This document shows, piece after piece, positions 52,584 through 63,414 of a DNA stretch of 64,000 bases. The stretch is from an uncultured Acidobacteriota bacterium (GTDB taxonomy: Bacteria > Acidobacteriota > Terriglobia > UBA7540): contig CAWDSK010000003.1 of NCBI GenBank assembly GCA_963804995.1, positions 896,001 through 960,000 of the forward strand. Direction: 5' to 3'. How positions within the stretch are numbered: position 1 is the stretch's first letter; the number at the start of each line of letters is the position of its first letter. Position numbers and translations under genes: made by a program. Under the pieces are notes generated by a model. That model was not told the origin of the DNA, searched no databases, and saw only the letters and a list, made by a program, of their open reading frames with translations.

Positions 52584-53269
52584 CAGCCACCCAGGGTTGG
52601 CAGCTTGGCAGACTCGGCAATCTCCCCGCGCTTCTGGAGCCATTGGATCCACTGGTCCAGGCCTTGGCCCGATGTGCAGGAAACCTCCAGAATTTCCATA
52701 TCCGGATGGATGCTTCGGGCATTCTTTCGCGCCTGTGCCATGTCAAAGGAAACGTAGGGGAGCAGATCGATTTTATTGAGGACGAGAAGTTCGGACTTCA
52801 GGAAAATGGAGGGGTACTTCAGCGGTTTGTCTTCGCCTTCCGTAACACTCAGGAGCACAATTTTCGCCGCCTCCCCGAGATCGTAGCTGGAGGGGCAAAC
52901 CAGGTTCCCAACATTCTCGATGATGACCAGATCGAGTTCCTCCAGCTTCCATTCTGCAAGCGCGCGTTCCACCATGCGGGCGTCCAGGTGGCACGCGCCC
53001 CCAGTCGTGATCTGCTTAGCGGGAAAACCGAAGCGCGCCAAGCGGCGGGCATCGTTGTCAGTCTGAATATCTCCCGTCAGCACCACGACGCGTGCATCCT
53101 TGGGAAGCCGGTCGAGGGTGCGCTCGAGAAGAGAGGTCTTCCCTGACCCGGGTGAGCTGATCAAGTTTACGCACAGAATCCCGCACTCGTGGAAGAGGTC
53201 GCGGAGGCGCGCCGCCACTCGATCATTCTCACTCAGGACTTTCTTTTCGAGCGGAATCCGATCCATCAT
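52583..53269 (-). CDS. hypB: Hydrogenase nickel incorporation GTPase
   Basis: SSPGSGKT, ACHLDA, ENVGNLVCP, EGEDKPLKYP. Confidence 0.95.
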   Translation of the reverse strand: MMDRIPLEKKVLSENDRVAARLRDLFHECGILCVNLISSPGSGKTSLLERTLDRLPKDARVVVLTGDIQTDNDARRLARFGFPAKQITTGGACHLDARMVERALAEWKLEELDLVIIENVGNLVCPSSYDLGEAAKIVLLSVTEGEDKPLKYPSIFLKSELLVLNKIDLLPYVSFDMAQARKNARSIHPDMEILEVSCTSGQGLDQWIQWLQKRGEIAESAKLPTLGG

Positions 53270-53609
53270 CCCTCCACTTCCATAAAAGCAAGATCCAGTT
53301 CATCGCCGCCTGCCAGGAGCGTCTCTGGCTTCGCACACCGTGGGCACGCCAGGCCATCATCTTTCACATCAAAAGTCAGATCGCACGCGGGACATCGCTG
53401 GCGGCGTGGAACCGATTCAATCTCAGCGCCAGAGGATCTAAATCAGTTCCCTGCACTAAGGCGCCGAAACCAAAGCTGAGTGCCTCAGGCTCCACTCCCG
53501 ACAAGGCCCCGATGCGCACGCCTACCTTACTCACGTGGACGCCGGGGCGCTTTTCCGCCTCTTTGCGCACGGCATCGAGAATCGCACTGGCAATGCTCAG
53601 TTCATGCAT
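53266..53609 (-). CDS. hypA: Hydrogenase nickel chaperone, single-base deletion at ~53424
   Basis: MHELSIA; shifted frame continues EIESVP..RCPAC..CPRC..GGDELDLAFMEVEG*. Confidence 0.9.
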
Positions 53610-53741
53610 AGCTTAAAGGACGGTGACAAGTGACGAGTGAAAAGCCGGCACGGGCCGGAACTCGCAAATCGCGGCCCGTTTCGAATTTCGAGCTTCGATT
53701 TTCGTCTTTCGGCTGCTCATTCCTTGTCACTCGTCTCTGCT

Positions 53742-54803
53742 CTAACAAATCCTTGGTAGCTGGTCACCGGAGAGCATATCCACGATGCGGCTGGTGCCCA
53801 GCAGAGTCCGCAGGGTAACCAGGCCGGGATGAGCCTCCGTCACTCGCCCGATGATCTGCGCCTGCTTCCCCAGAGGATGCGCACGCATGGCCTTGAGGAT
53901 GCGCTCCGCATACCCCGCGTCCACGATGGCCACGAGCTTGCCTTCGTTTGCCACGTAGAGTGGGTCGAGCCCCAGCAGTTCACACGCGCCTCTGACCGCT
54001 TCCTGAATGGGGATGACGGATTCTTCGAGTGCCATGCCCACTCGCGACTGGGCGGCAATTTCATTCAGCGCGCTGGAAAGGCCACCGCGCGTCGGGTCGC
54101 GCATGCAGCGGATGGCCGGACTCGCCTCCAGCATTGCGGTTACGAGCGTGTGCAGCGGGGCACAATCGCTGATGATCGGGCTCTCAAATTCCAAGCCCTC
54201 ACGTTGGGAAAGTATTGTGATGCCGTGCTCGCCGATCGATCCGCTCAAGATAATGCAATCGCCGGGACGCGCCTGGTCGGCCGAAAGATTGATACCGGGA
54301 GGCACGCGGCCAATCCCTGAAGTGTTGATGAACAGGCCGTCGCCCTTGCCTCTTTCCACAACCTTGGTGTCGCCGGTAACGACCTCAACTCCCGCCTCCT
54401 GTGCGGCGCGGCTGAGGGACGCAACTACCCGCTGGAGCGTCTCGAGTGGTAGTCCCTCTTCAAGAATAAACGCCGCACTGAGGAACATCGGCTCAGCGCC
54501 ACCCACCGCCAGGTCGTTGATCGTCCCATTCACAGCCAACGAACCGATGTCTCCTCCCGGGAAGAAAAGGGGCTTGACCACAAACGAATCGGTCGTAAAA
54601 GCCAACCGGATTCCGTTGACGCCGACCAAGGCTTGATCGTTCAGGCTGTTTAGGGCAGGGTTCCCGAAAGCGGGCAAAAAAACTGTTTGGAGCAACTCAG
54701 CACTCAGCCGCCCGCCGCTACCGTGCCCGAGCAGCACCTTGTCCCACACGGGTAGAGGTACTGGGCACGCGAATCCTTCCAGTGGATGTTTGTCGTCACT
54801 CAT
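53742..54803 (-). CDS. hypE: Carbamoyl dehydratase HypE
   Basis: HGSGG, TTDSFVV, DPTRGG, C-terminal PRIC. Confidence 0.95.
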   Translation of the reverse strand: MSDDKHPLEGFACPVPLPVWDKVLLGHGSGGRLSAELLQTVFLPAFGNPALNSLNDQALVGVNGIRLAFTTDSFVVKPLFFPGGDIGSLAVNGTINDLAVGGAEPMFLSAAFILEEGLPLETLQRVVASLSRAAQEAGVEVVTGDTKVVERGKGDGLFINTSGIGRVPPGINLSADQARPGDCIILSGSIGEHGITILSQREGLEFESPIISDCAPLHTLVTAMLEASPAIRCMRDPTRGGLSSALNEIAAQSRVGMALEESVIPIQEAVRGACELLGLDPLYVANEGKLVAIVDAGYAERILKAMRAHPLGKQAQIIGRVTEAHPGLVTLRTLLGTSRIVDMLSGDQLPRIC

Positions 54804-55912
54804 CTGGCATCTCGCAATGGAGCGGCAGTGTGCCGACGATATTGGTAATACGCTGCGCAAGCACCTTCCGTCGAAACCATGGGGGCACCCAGCGGATTCG
54901 CCGGAGTACAGCGTTCGCCAAAAGCCGGGCAATCCAGAGGTTTCTTCAACCCTTGCAACACCAGCGCACTGATGCACTCCGCGGGCTCATCTACGTTGTG
55001 CTCCGCGATATCAAAAACCTTTTCGGCATCAAAGGCAGCGAACTCCGCACGCAGCTTCAAACCGCTGCGCGGAATCATCCCGATGCCTCTCCACTTCCGG
55101 TCCGAGACCTCGAAGACCTTTCCCAATATATCCTGCGCCGGACGATTCCCTTCCCGAACAACGGAGCGGGCATATTGGTTTTCGACTTCGGCGCGGCCTT
55201 CCTCGAGTTGCGCAACCAGCATGGAAATGGCTTCCAGCAAATCCACAGGCTCAAATCCACCCACCACGATGGGAACGTGAAAAGTCCGCGCCAAGTTCAC
55301 GTACTCCTCATAGCCCATCACCGTGCAGACGTGGCCGGGAGCAATGAGCCCTTGCACGCGATGCTGGGGAGACTCGAGCAGCATCTGGATGGCCGGGGGT
55401 ACGAGGACCTGGGATGCCAGCAGGGAGAAATTCTTCAACCCTTCGCGCGCCGCTTGCCAGACCGCCATGGCGTTGGCAGGGGCAGTCGTCTCAAAGCCGA
55501 TTCCCAGGAAGACAACCTGGCGCTGGGGATTCAAGCGCGCAATCTTCAAGGCTTCCATCGGCGAATAAGCAACGCGCACGTCGCCACCGTTGGCTTTGAC
55601 TTGAAAGAGATCCAAGTGCGAGCCTGGGACACGCAGCATATCCCCGTAGGAAACCATAATTACATTCGGCAAGGAGGCAATCGCGATGGCCTTGTCGATG
55701 ACTTCGAGAGGGGTCACGCAAACCGGGCAGCCGGGGCCGTGCACGAGCTCGATTTGAGCAGGAAGAAGTTCGTCGATGCCATACCGCATCAGGGTGTGAG
55801 TCTGCCCGCCGCAGATTTCCATCAGCACCCACGGCCTAGTAACGCGCCGGGCAATCTCCACCAGGAGCGCCTTCGCGATGCTCGCGTCACGGTATTCGTC
55901 GAGGTACTTCAT
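54800..55912 (-). CDS. hypD: Hydrogenase formation protein HypD
   Basis: [31 protein letters not shown]. Confidence 0.95.
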   Translation of the reverse strand: MKYLDEYRDASIAKALLVEIARRVTRPWVLMEICGGQTHTLMRYGIDELLPAQIELVHGPGCPVCVTPLEVIDKAIAIASLPNVIMVSYGDMLRVPGSHLDLFQVKANGGDVRVAYSPMEALKIARLNPQRQVVFLGIGFETTAPANAMAVWQAAREGLKNFSLLASQVLVPPAIQMLLESPQHRVQGLIAPGHVCTVMGYEEYVNLARTFHVPIVVGGFEPVDLLEAISMLVAQLEEGRAEVENQYARSVVREGNRPAQDILGKVFEVSDRKWRGIGMIPRSGLKLRAEFAAFDAEKVFDIAEHNVDEPAECISALVLQGLKKPLDCPAFGERCTPANPLGAPMVSTEGACAAYYQYRRHTAAPLRDAR

Positions 55913-55921
55913 CGCAGTAGC

Positions 55922-56197
55922 TCACTCCTGATGCGGGTCGCTCACGGCAGGCGCGTCCAAGCCTTCCTCTGCCAGCGCGCCCATTTCCTTGAGTAACTGA
56001 AGGGTGCGTTCAGCTTCCTCCGCGTCGAGCCGGCTGAGGGCGAAACCCACGTGGACAATAACATAATCGCCCACCTCGGCTTCGGGGACAAAGTCCAATT
56101 GGACCTCGCGCGTGACGCCGCCAAAGTCCACGCGACCCATCAGCGCCCCATCACGATCTTCTTTCTGAAGAACCTTCCCTGGAATCGCCAGACACAT
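55922..56197 (-). CDS. hypC: HypC chaperone
   Basis: MCLAIPG; VIVHVGFA. Confidence 0.95.
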   Translation of the reverse strand: MCLAIPGKVLQKEDRDGALMGRVDFGGVTREVQLDFVPEAEVGDYVIVHVGFALSRLDAEEAERTLQLLKEMGALAEEGLDAPAVSDPHQE

Positions 56198-56258
56198 AGG
56201 GTGCTCATCTTAAGGTAGAGGAGTTTAAGTTTGGAAAAGCTTGGGGGGAGCCAAATTC

Positions 56259-56816
56259 CTAGATGACTTCGAGCCGCTGTGCTCCACAACGTGCCGAGAC
56301 ATTCGCAATAGCACGTTGCAAGTCCCGCGCGGCATTCCGGTCGTGTGGAGCGCCTGCGGGCTCGCCGCAATGCGTCAATTCATCGACCATGTCAGCCACA
56401 ATCTCTACGGCCGATTTCACCGCAGGATTCATCTCGCCACCCAGGGTTATACAGTCCGCCGCCTCCACTGCCAGAATGATGACCTCCTCTGGGACAGGAA
56501 GGAGCAATTTCTTAGCCAACTGGAGAGTTTCAAAAAGTCCGACGTAGTGGGGTGAGGGGCAAAAATGGGACTTAATGTCAGAACTTTGTGATACGAAAAG
56601 GGTTCCAGGAGGGGCGTTCCCGGTCTGGATGCTATCCACAACTACCAAGAGTTGGACATCGGACAAATAGTCGATGAGATGGAAGCCCGCGTCCGTGGTG
56701 AAAACCACTTCCATCTGAGGGAATCGACGCCGGAGGCCTTCCGCAGCGACCAAACCGAAGGCGTCGTCGGCGAGCAACTCGTTACCCAGACAGAGGATGC
56801 GAATGGACGGATTCAT
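56259..56816 (-). CDS. Hydrogenase maturation endopeptidase (start uncertain)
   Basis: LGNELLADDAFG, VVDSI, SPH. Confidence 0.88.
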   Translation of the reverse strand: MNPSIRILCLGNELLADDAFGLVAAEGLRRRFPQMEVVFTTDAGFHLIDYLSDVQLLVVVDSIQTGNAPPGTLFVSQSSDIKSHFCPSPHYVGLFETLQLAKKLLLPVPEEVIILAVEAADCITLGGEMNPAVKSAVEIVADMVDELTHCGEPAGAPHDRNAARDLQRAIANVSARCGAQRLEVI

Positions 56817-56849
56817 CGAAGTCATCAACTTGGGCCAACCTGCGGCGGC

Positions 56850-58361
56850 CTAATCGCGGCAGATTTTGCCATCCCAATCCCGGCGGAGGGTCGCCTGCAC
56901 ATTGCCTGCCCGGTCGTGGACGCGCACGAGCAGGGGCATGCTTCCGGGCAACGAATGCGTCGCGCAACCGTGGCACGGGTCATAGGCGCGGAAAGCCATC
57001 TCCACCATATTCAGGATGCCGTCCGAGACGTTTCCATTGGAAATCAACCCCTTGGCCGCCTTTTCCACGCTCATGGCCATACGCGCCGCATTGTTTTGGG
57101 TGGCCACAATCATGTTGGCCTTTTGGATGATTCCTTTCTCATCCGTCTGATAATGGTGGATCAAAGTTCCGCGGGGGGCCTCCACGACTCCGATTCCCTC
57201 TCGGGGCGTTTCAGTCGGCAAGGTCCGGATCTCGGAATCAATAATCTCAGGATCGTCAGCCAGTTCTTTCAGGCGCTCGGCCGCATAAAGGAGTTCGATC
57301 ACGCGTGCCCAATGGTTGGCCAGAGTGTGATGAACAGGCTTGCCGCCCAGGGCTGCCATATACTGCTGGTACGCTTCCTGTGAAATCGGTGTCGCCATGC
57401 CATCCGCGGCATTCAATCGAGCCAAGGGCGCCACGCAGTACACACTGCTCTCGGGTCCCTCACTGAACCCTTTCCAGCCCAACGGCTTGAGATAAGCGAA
57501 CTTCACATAGCTCCAAGGCTCCACGTGCTCGGCCACGTAGTCCAGGTACTTATCCGCCGCGAACTTATTCCACTCCTTCCCATCCGGAGTGACCACACGG
57601 AGCGCGCCATCGTAGAAATTCACACGATTGGCCGAGTCGACCGTCCCCATGTAGTAGGTGCGATGGGTAAATGCGTCGGAGCGGATCAGGTCAACATACT
57701 CACTGTTCTGGAGCACGAGCTTGTTGAAGGTCTCGAGCGTAAAGCTGGCGAAGTCGACGGCCTCCTGAGCAGTCTGCTTGATCTTCGCCTGTTCTGCGAC
57801 GCTGATACGTTTCGCCACTCCCCCGGGCAATCCCAGCACCGGGTGGACGGGCTTGCCGCCGATGGCCGTCATCATTTCGCGCAGCTTGCGTCGCATTCCT
57901 ATTACCTGCTTGCCGACTTCCACCCCCACTTTGGCGATCACGCCCAGGACGTTCCGCTCCGCGGCCGGGGCCTTGGGTCCCACAATGAAATCGGGGCCCC
58001 CCAGGAAGTAAATGTGCAGAGCATGGTCTTCGGTAACGAATGCGGAATAAAACAGCTCACGAATCTTTTTGGCAGCCGGCGGCGGCACGACCCGGTAGAG
58101 CGCATCCAGGGCTTTGGTGGACGCCATATGATGGGCAGTGGGACACACCCCGCAAATCCGCGAAGTAATCTGCGGCATCTCCTCCGCGGGGCGACCCTGC
58201 ACAAACTTCTCAAACCCGCGCAACTCCGGGACCTGGAAAAAGGCCCGCTCCACACTCCCTTGATCATCGAGAAAGATCTCGATCTTTCCATGGCCTTCGA
58301 GGCGCGTGATGGGATCAATCGTGATTTGCCGTTCCACCTTCTTGGTTTCGCCGTCAGGCAT
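56850..58361 (-). CDS. mvhA: [NiFe]-hydrogenase large subunit, group 3c by context
   Basis: TRLEGHG, RGFEKF, RICGVC (L1), APRG, DPCHGCATH (L2) plus cleavable tail. Confidence 0.9.
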   Translation of the reverse strand: MPDGETKKVERQITIDPITRLEGHGKIEIFLDDQGSVERAFFQVPELRGFEKFVQGRPAEEMPQITSRICGVCPTAHHMASTKALDALYRVVPPPAAKKIRELFYSAFVTEDHALHIYFLGGPDFIVGPKAPAAERNVLGVIAKVGVEVGKQVIGMRRKLREMMTAIGGKPVHPVLGLPGGVAKRISVAEQAKIKQTAQEAVDFASFTLETFNKLVLQNSEYVDLIRSDAFTHRTYYMGTVDSANRVNFYDGALRVVTPDGKEWNKFAADKYLDYVAEHVEPWSYVKFAYLKPLGWKGFSEGPESSVYCVAPLARLNAADGMATPISQEAYQQYMAALGGKPVHHTLANHWARVIELLYAAERLKELADDPEIIDSEIRTLPTETPREGIGVVEAPRGTLIHHYQTDEKGIIQKANMIVATQNNAARMAMSVEKAAKGLISNGNVSDGILNMVEMAFRAYDPCHGCATHSLPGSMPLLVRVHDRAGNVQATLRRDWDGKICRD

Positions 58362-58409
58362 TGCGATTCACCTCTGCTTCTTTCTAGAGCGTCGTCCGAA
58401 AGTGTTTCC

Positions 58410-59423
58410 CTAAGACTTCGTCCCCGCTACCGGCGCGAGTATCTTCCGCCTCAGCAGCGAGGTCGGCAGGCTATAGCGATAGAACGTTCCGACCGGGTCC
58501 GGCACCGTCTGCACAATCTTCTCGATTTCCGCTTCGTCATTGCTGTCGATGATGGAGGAGATGGCGGACAGAGCCTTCGCCCCGTAATCACGGACCCGAC
58601 TGGTGGGTCCGAAGCACCCCGTGCAGGGCATATTGCCTTGTGGGCAGAGAGCTTCGCAGCCGCTGCGCGTCGCCGGCCCCAGGCACACCACGCCTTGCGC
58701 CAGCATGCACTTCTCCTCATCGATCATCAAATCCTGCGGCCGATTGAACTCTTTCAAGATAAGTTTCTCAGGACGCGTGTCCTTGCGCGGGCATTCCTCA
58801 CAAAGCGCGCGGTCAGGAGCCAGCACCGTCCCTTTAGGCGGCAACTCCCCACTGAGCAGCACATGGACAGCATCCCACAGGATCTTGGGCGTAGGGGGGC
58901 ACCCCGGCAGGTAGTAATCGACATCAACGACCTGGTCCAAGGAACGGACGGTTTCGAAGAGTCCCGGCAAGGTCACCGAGAATCCATTCTCCTTATGAAG
59001 GGTCTGGGGAAATACCTTCCCGGGATTCACCGTCGAGGGTGATTCGCAATAAGCTGCGGCAAGGATGCTTTCCCGCGAGGAGAGATTGGCCAATCCTGGA
59101 ATCCCGCCGAGCTGCGCACACGAGCCCAGAGCCACCAGCACCTTGGCCTTCTTGCGGAGAAGATGCGCCATCTCTTCCTGCTCGGTGGTGCGGACGGCGC
59201 CATTAACGAAGGCAGCCAGAATCGAGCCATCCGGCATGGCTTCCACGTCGTGACGTTTGAAGTCCAGGGCCACGGGCCAAAAGACGATGTCCACCGCGGC
59301 GACCACGTCGAGGACGCTCTCGTCCAAATCCAGCACCGTCTCCTCGCATCCCCCACACGAGGCGCACCAATAGAAGGCGACCTTGGGTTTTTCATTCTGG
59401 GGGACTGATGCAGGTTCCGTCAT
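58410..59423 (-). CDS. mvhG: [NiFe]-hydrogenase small subunit
   Basis: CGGCE, GSCA, PGCPP, CEECP, CLGP..GC..CP...PCTGC. Confidence 0.88.
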   Translation of the reverse strand: MTEPASVPQNEKPKVAFYWCASCGGCEETVLDLDESVLDVVAAVDIVFWPVALDFKRHDVEAMPDGSILAAFVNGAVRTTEQEEMAHLLRKKAKVLVALGSCAQLGGIPGLANLSSRESILAAAYCESPSTVNPGKVFPQTLHKENGFSVTLPGLFETVRSLDQVVDVDYYLPGCPPTPKILWDAVHVLLSGELPPKGTVLAPDRALCEECPRKDTRPEKLILKEFNRPQDLMIDEEKCMLAQGVVCLGPATRSGCEALCPQGNMPCTGCFGPTSRVRDYGAKALSAISSIIDSNDEAEIEKIVQTVPDPVGTFYRYSLPTSLLRRKILAPVAGTKS

Positions 59424-59902
59424 CACGCCGCCACCTCCTCGGGAAAGTGCTCGGCCTTGACCTCCAACCGCAAGGGGCCCAGGGCGCGGACTTTCTCCAC
59501 CATGTCATTCACCACCACTTTCAGCCGTTCGGCTTCGGAAGCGGAAATCCACTCCAGGCGAAAACGCTCTTCTTCAATTCCCATTTCATTCAAAACGCGC
59601 CGCAGCATGTGTACGCGCCGCAGGGTTTTGTAATTGCCTTCCTGATAATGGCAGTCACCCGGGTGGCAGCCGCCGATCAAGACGCCATCCGCGCCCTTAG
59701 CGAAAGCATCGAGCACAAATTGCGGATCCAAGCGGCCGGAGCACATGGTGCGGATGACCAGGATGTTGGGCGCGTACTTAAGGCGCGAGGTCCCTGCCAG
59801 GTCGGCCGCCAGGTAAGTGCACCAATTACAAAAAAAAGCCACGATTTTCGGTTCAAAGGTGTTCTGAATCGCCACAAGCGATTCTGGTTTCTTCTCAGGC
59901 AT
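59423..59902 (-). CDS. mvhD: [2Fe-2S] subunit MvhD
   Basis: FCNWC, MCSGR, GCHPGDCHY, WISASE. Confidence 0.92.
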   Translation of the reverse strand: MPEKKPESLVAIQNTFEPKIVAFFCNWCTYLAADLAGTSRLKYAPNILVIRTMCSGRLDPQFVLDAFAKGADGVLIGGCHPGDCHYQEGNYKTLRRVHMLRRVLNEMGIEEERFRLEWISASEAERLKVVVNDMVEKVRALGPLRLEVKAEHFPEEVAA

Positions 59903-61889
59903 TGGCCAACACCCCCTGGATTTCTGCGAAAATCTCTTCGTCTTCAAAGAGGTTCTGCTTAATGGAACCCGACGGGCAAGCCGCTACACATGTCCCGCAG
60001 CCCTTGCAGATCACTTCGTTGATTTGCGCGACCTTCTTGTCGGCGAGGAAAGTGATGGCCGAGTACGGGCAAAGAGGAAGGCAGGTTTTGCAGCCCGAAC
60101 ACTCCTCCTCCGTGATGTACGCGGTATTGGGCTCCATCTCAACGTATCCGGTATCGATCAGGACCATCGCCTCAGCGGCGGCGGAGCCGGCTTGGCCCAC
60201 CGCGTCCGGAATGTCTTTGGGAGCCTGGCAGGCGCCGGCGATAAAAATGCCGTCCGTAAAGGTGTTTACCGGAGCGAGCTTGGGATGGCGCTCCAGGAAC
60301 CAGCCCTCCGAGGAACAACTGATGTTAAAGAGACGGCGCACGTCTTTGGCGTCTGCCTGGGGAACCAGTCCGACCGAGAGCACCACCATATCCACCGGCA
60401 CGCGGCGCACGAAAGCACTGAGCGTGTCTTCGGCGCGCATCACCAATTTCCCTTCCTCCTCAGGAGTCATGGCCCAATCCGTGACCTCTGCCACGCGCCC
60501 GCGGATCATGTGGACGCCTTCTTCCAGGAGCTTGTGATAGAACTCCTCGTAGGCTTTACCCGGCGCCCGCATATCGATGTAAAAGTTGTAGACTTCCGCC
60601 CCCGTGCGTTCCTTGAGCAAGTGAGCCAGCTTCAGGCTATACATACAGCAGACGCGGGAGCACCACTTGTTGGTGTTTTCGTCGCGTGAACCCACGCAGT
60701 GGATGATTCCAATACTCTCCGGCTTGCGCCCGTCGCGCAGGATCACTTCCCCGCCCGTGGGCCCGGAGGCGTTGATCAGCCGTTCCACCTCTGGGGCCGT
60801 GTATACGTTGGGGTAGACGCCATAGCGGTAATCCGGCACCTTGCGGGCATCAAAGGTTTGGTACCCCGTGGCCAGGATGATGGCCCCCACCTTGATGTTC
60901 TCGAGCTTGGGCTGCTGCTTCAGGTCCACCGCGTGGCGGTCGCCACAGGCTTCAATGCAGGTCTTCTTGCAGCGGCCAGTCTTGAAGTCGATACAGCTCT
61001 CTGGATCGATGACCGGAATCTGCGGCACGGCCTGCGGGAAGGAGATGTAAATGGGCTTCCGCTTTCCCAGCCCGAGGTTGAACTCATCGGAGACTTTCGC
61101 CTGCTTGTAGATGCAGCCCTCGATGCACTCCAGGCACCCAACGCACAGATCCTCGTTGATATAGCGGGGGTGGCGGGTGATGGATACCTCGAAATTCCCC
61201 ACATATCCTTGCACCTGCGTCACCTCGGAAAGCGTCCAGAGAGTGATATTGGGATGTTTTTTGACGGCCGTCATTTTTGGCGTAAGGATGCAAGCGGCAC
61301 AGTCAAGCGTGGGAAATGTCTTGTCAAACTTCGCCATGTTCCCGCCGATGGTCGGTTCGCGTTCGACCAGGTAAACTTTCTTGCCGGCATTGGCCAGGGT
61401 CAAAGCTGCGTGGATTCCCGCGATGCCTCCACCCACAATCAGCACGGCGGGGTGAATGGGCACGCGCTTTTTTACCAGCGGCTTATGCAGCGCCACTCGC
61501 CGGATGGCCGCACGCACCAGAGCTATCGCTTTGGCAGTGGCGCGCTCTCGATCTTTGTGCACCCAGGAATCGTGCTCACGGATATTGACCATCTGGAAGC
61601 AGAAGGGATTCAGGCCCCCCTTCGCCACCGCCCCTCGGAAGGTTTCCTCGTGCAGCAGGGGCGAACACGAGGCCACCACCACGCGGTTCAGTTTGTGCTC
61701 AGCGATGTCCTGGAGGATCAGCTCCTGGCCGGGGTCTGAGCACATGTACTTGTACTCACGCGCCACCACTACCCCCGGCAATGCAGCGGCGTACTCCGCC
61801 ACCGCCTTGACATCCACCGTAGCCGCGATATTCGATCCGCAATGGCAGACGTAAACTCCTATGCGCAAATGACCATTCCCGGATTCCAT
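59895..61889 (-). CDS. hdrA: Heterodisulfide reductase subunit A (FAD, FeS)
   Basis: CHCG, GGGIAG, DKTFPTLDC, CSRVCC, ferredoxin motifs. Confidence 0.95.
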   Translation of the reverse strand: MESGNGHLRIGVYVCHCGSNIAATVDVKAVAEYAAALPGVVVAREYKYMCSDPGQELILQDIAEHKLNRVVVASCSPLLHEETFRGAVAKGGLNPFCFQMVNIREHDSWVHKDRERATAKAIALVRAAIRRVALHKPLVKKRVPIHPAVLIVGGGIAGIHAALTLANAGKKVYLVEREPTIGGNMAKFDKTFPTLDCAACILTPKMTAVKKHPNITLWTLSEVTQVQGYVGNFEVSITRHPRYINEDLCVGCLECIEGCIYKQAKVSDEFNLGLGKRKPIYISFPQAVPQIPVIDPESCIDFKTGRCKKTCIEACGDRHAVDLKQQPKLENIKVGAIILATGYQTFDARKVPDYRYGVYPNVYTAPEVERLINASGPTGGEVILRDGRKPESIGIIHCVGSRDENTNKWCSRVCCMYSLKLAHLLKERTGAEVYNFYIDMRAPGKAYEEFYHKLLEEGVHMIRGRVAEVTDWAMTPEEEGKLVMRAEDTLSAFVRRVPVDMVVLSVGLVPQADAKDVRRLFNISCSSEGWFLERHPKLAPVNTFTDGIFIAGACQAPKDIPDAVGQAGSAAAEAMVLIDTGYVEMEPNTAYITEEECSGCKTCLPLCPYSAITFLADKKVAQINEVICKGCGTCVAACPSGSIKQNLFEDEEIFAEIQGVLANA

Positions 61890-61948
61890 CTGTATCACCT
61901 CAACGTGGATCCTGAGTTTCTAAGCCTAGCCATACTTCATCCCTTAAA

Positions 61949-62827
61949 TCAGGCCGCCACCGGCTCGAACTTTGCCAACAGCTTCTTGGCAGGCACGATA
62001 TTGCGCTGCAGCCCGAGTTCTTTAGCTGAAAAGCCGAGTGCCAGTCCGAGGAGTTGCGTGAAATACACAACCGGCATGGAAATATCGCCATACTTCTTGC
62101 CGGCTTCCTCCTGGAACGCATCCAGGTTGAACTGGCAGAGGGGGCAGATTGTGGAAACCACTTGTGCCCCGCGCCGTGCCGCTTCTTTGAGCAGAATATG
62201 AATGAGAGAAAGGCCAACCTCCGGCAGGGTACCTTTCTGGCTTCCCCCACAACAGCGGGTCTTCAGGGGGTAGTCCGCGACCTCGGCGCCTGCGGCTTCC
62301 AACAGCTTGTCCATGGAAACCGGGTAGTACATCAGATCGAAGGTGGCGTAAGGGCGAACAATCTGGCAGCCGTAATAGGGAGCCACTTTCAGACCCGTGA
62401 GCGGCGTTTTGATGCGCGCTTTGATATAGTCCAATCCGACATCATGAATCAGCACATCGAGAGGATGCCGAACCTTGACGGTCCCCTTGTAACTCAGCCC
62501 GGCGGCCTTGAAGCCGTGCTCCAGAACCTTCGCGACCTTCGGATACTCCACAATGTACCGTTGCGCTTTGTTGAGAACCAGGTAACAAGCGCTACAGGGC
62601 GCCAGCAAATCCATGTTGCTTTGCTCTGCGATTGCCAGGTTGCGCCCCGCCAAGGCAAAGGCGTTCGTTTCATCCATGGACATATAAGCCGTCGCGCCGC
62701 AACAATTCCAGTCTTCCAGTTCCACGAGTTCAACATCCAGCGCCTTGAAGACGGCCAGCAACGATTCTTCGTAGGCCTTTCCTGTCCCTCGCAGCGAGCA
62801 GCCCGGGTAATAGAGGTATTGCTTCAT
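61949..62827 (-). CDS. hdrB: Heterodisulfide reductase subunit B
   Basis: YPGC, NCCG, CSAC, YYGC, RCCG, CPLCQFNL. Confidence 0.92.
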   Translation of the reverse strand: MKQYLYYPGCSLRGTGKAYEESLLAVFKALDVELVELEDWNCCGATAYMSMDETNAFALAGRNLAIAEQSNMDLLAPCSACYLVLNKAQRYIVEYPKVAKVLEHGFKAAGLSYKGTVKVRHPLDVLIHDVGLDYIKARIKTPLTGLKVAPYYGCQIVRPYATFDLMYYPVSMDKLLEAAGAEVADYPLKTRCCGGSQKGTLPEVGLSLIHILLKEAARRGAQVVSTICPLCQFNLDAFQEEAGKKYGDISMPVVYFTQLLGLALGFSAKELGLQRNIVPAKKLLAKFEPVAA

Positions 62828-63414
62828 GCCGCCACCTCCTTCTTCTCCGCCTCAACGGTATCCAGCAATTTCTGAAGTTGTTTGCGGTTGTGGATGGATT
62901 CGGGGATGATCCCCATCCGTCCGGTAAGGAAGAGCTTGGTCCCCAGCTTGGACATGCCCAGCAATCTCAGGATCGCCGTCTTCAGAAACACCCTGAAAAC
63001 AAGCCACGTTTCCGTGATGCGACCTTTACTTCGAATCATGGCTCCAAACTCACTGGCCAAGACAGGAATGGGAAATCGTTTGGGATAAACCCCGTCCTCG
63101 ATGGCGCGCCGCTTCAGCGCATACATGATGTCGGTCACTCGGATCTTTCGCGGGCACTCAACCGTGCAGGAGTAACAACTCGTGCAGAGCCAGATGGTGA
63201 AACTCTCCAGCACGTCGCGTTTGAAGCCCTCCCGCGCCATGTGGATTAATCGCCGCGGGGTAAAGTCCATGTACGGAGAAAGCGGACAGCTCGCGCTGCA
63301 AGTTCCGCATTGGATGCAATTGCGGATACGCTCTCCTCCCATGACCCCGGTGACCCATTGCGCGAACTCGCGGTCCCGTTCGACCTCGTACTTGATTAAA
63401 CTCTTCACCGCCAT
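62824..63414 (-). CDS. hdrC: Heterodisulfide reductase subunit C
   Basis: CIQCGTCSASCP, CTSCYSCTVECP. Confidence 0.92.
   Translation of the reverse strand: MAVKSLIKYEVERDREFAQWVTGVMGGERIRNCIQCGTCSASCPLSPYMDFTPRRLIHMAREGFKRDVLESFTIWLCTSCYSCTVECPRKIRVTDIMYALKRRAIEDGVYPKRFPIPVLASEFGAMIRSKGRITETWLVFRVFLKTAILRLLGMSKLGTKLFLTGRMGIIPESIHNRKQLQKLLDTVEAEKKEVAA

Noticed and set aside
50306..53609. hypF and hypA (also kinase and M16 partner) as true pseudogenes
   Set aside because: Single small indels with all motifs intact in error-prone contexts; sequencing error is more likely but unproven
57525..59042. Long antisense ORFs (also 36533-37951, 54782-55996, 7814-9028, 18043-19146)
   Set aside because: Shadow ORFs opposite well-supported genes in GC-rich DNA
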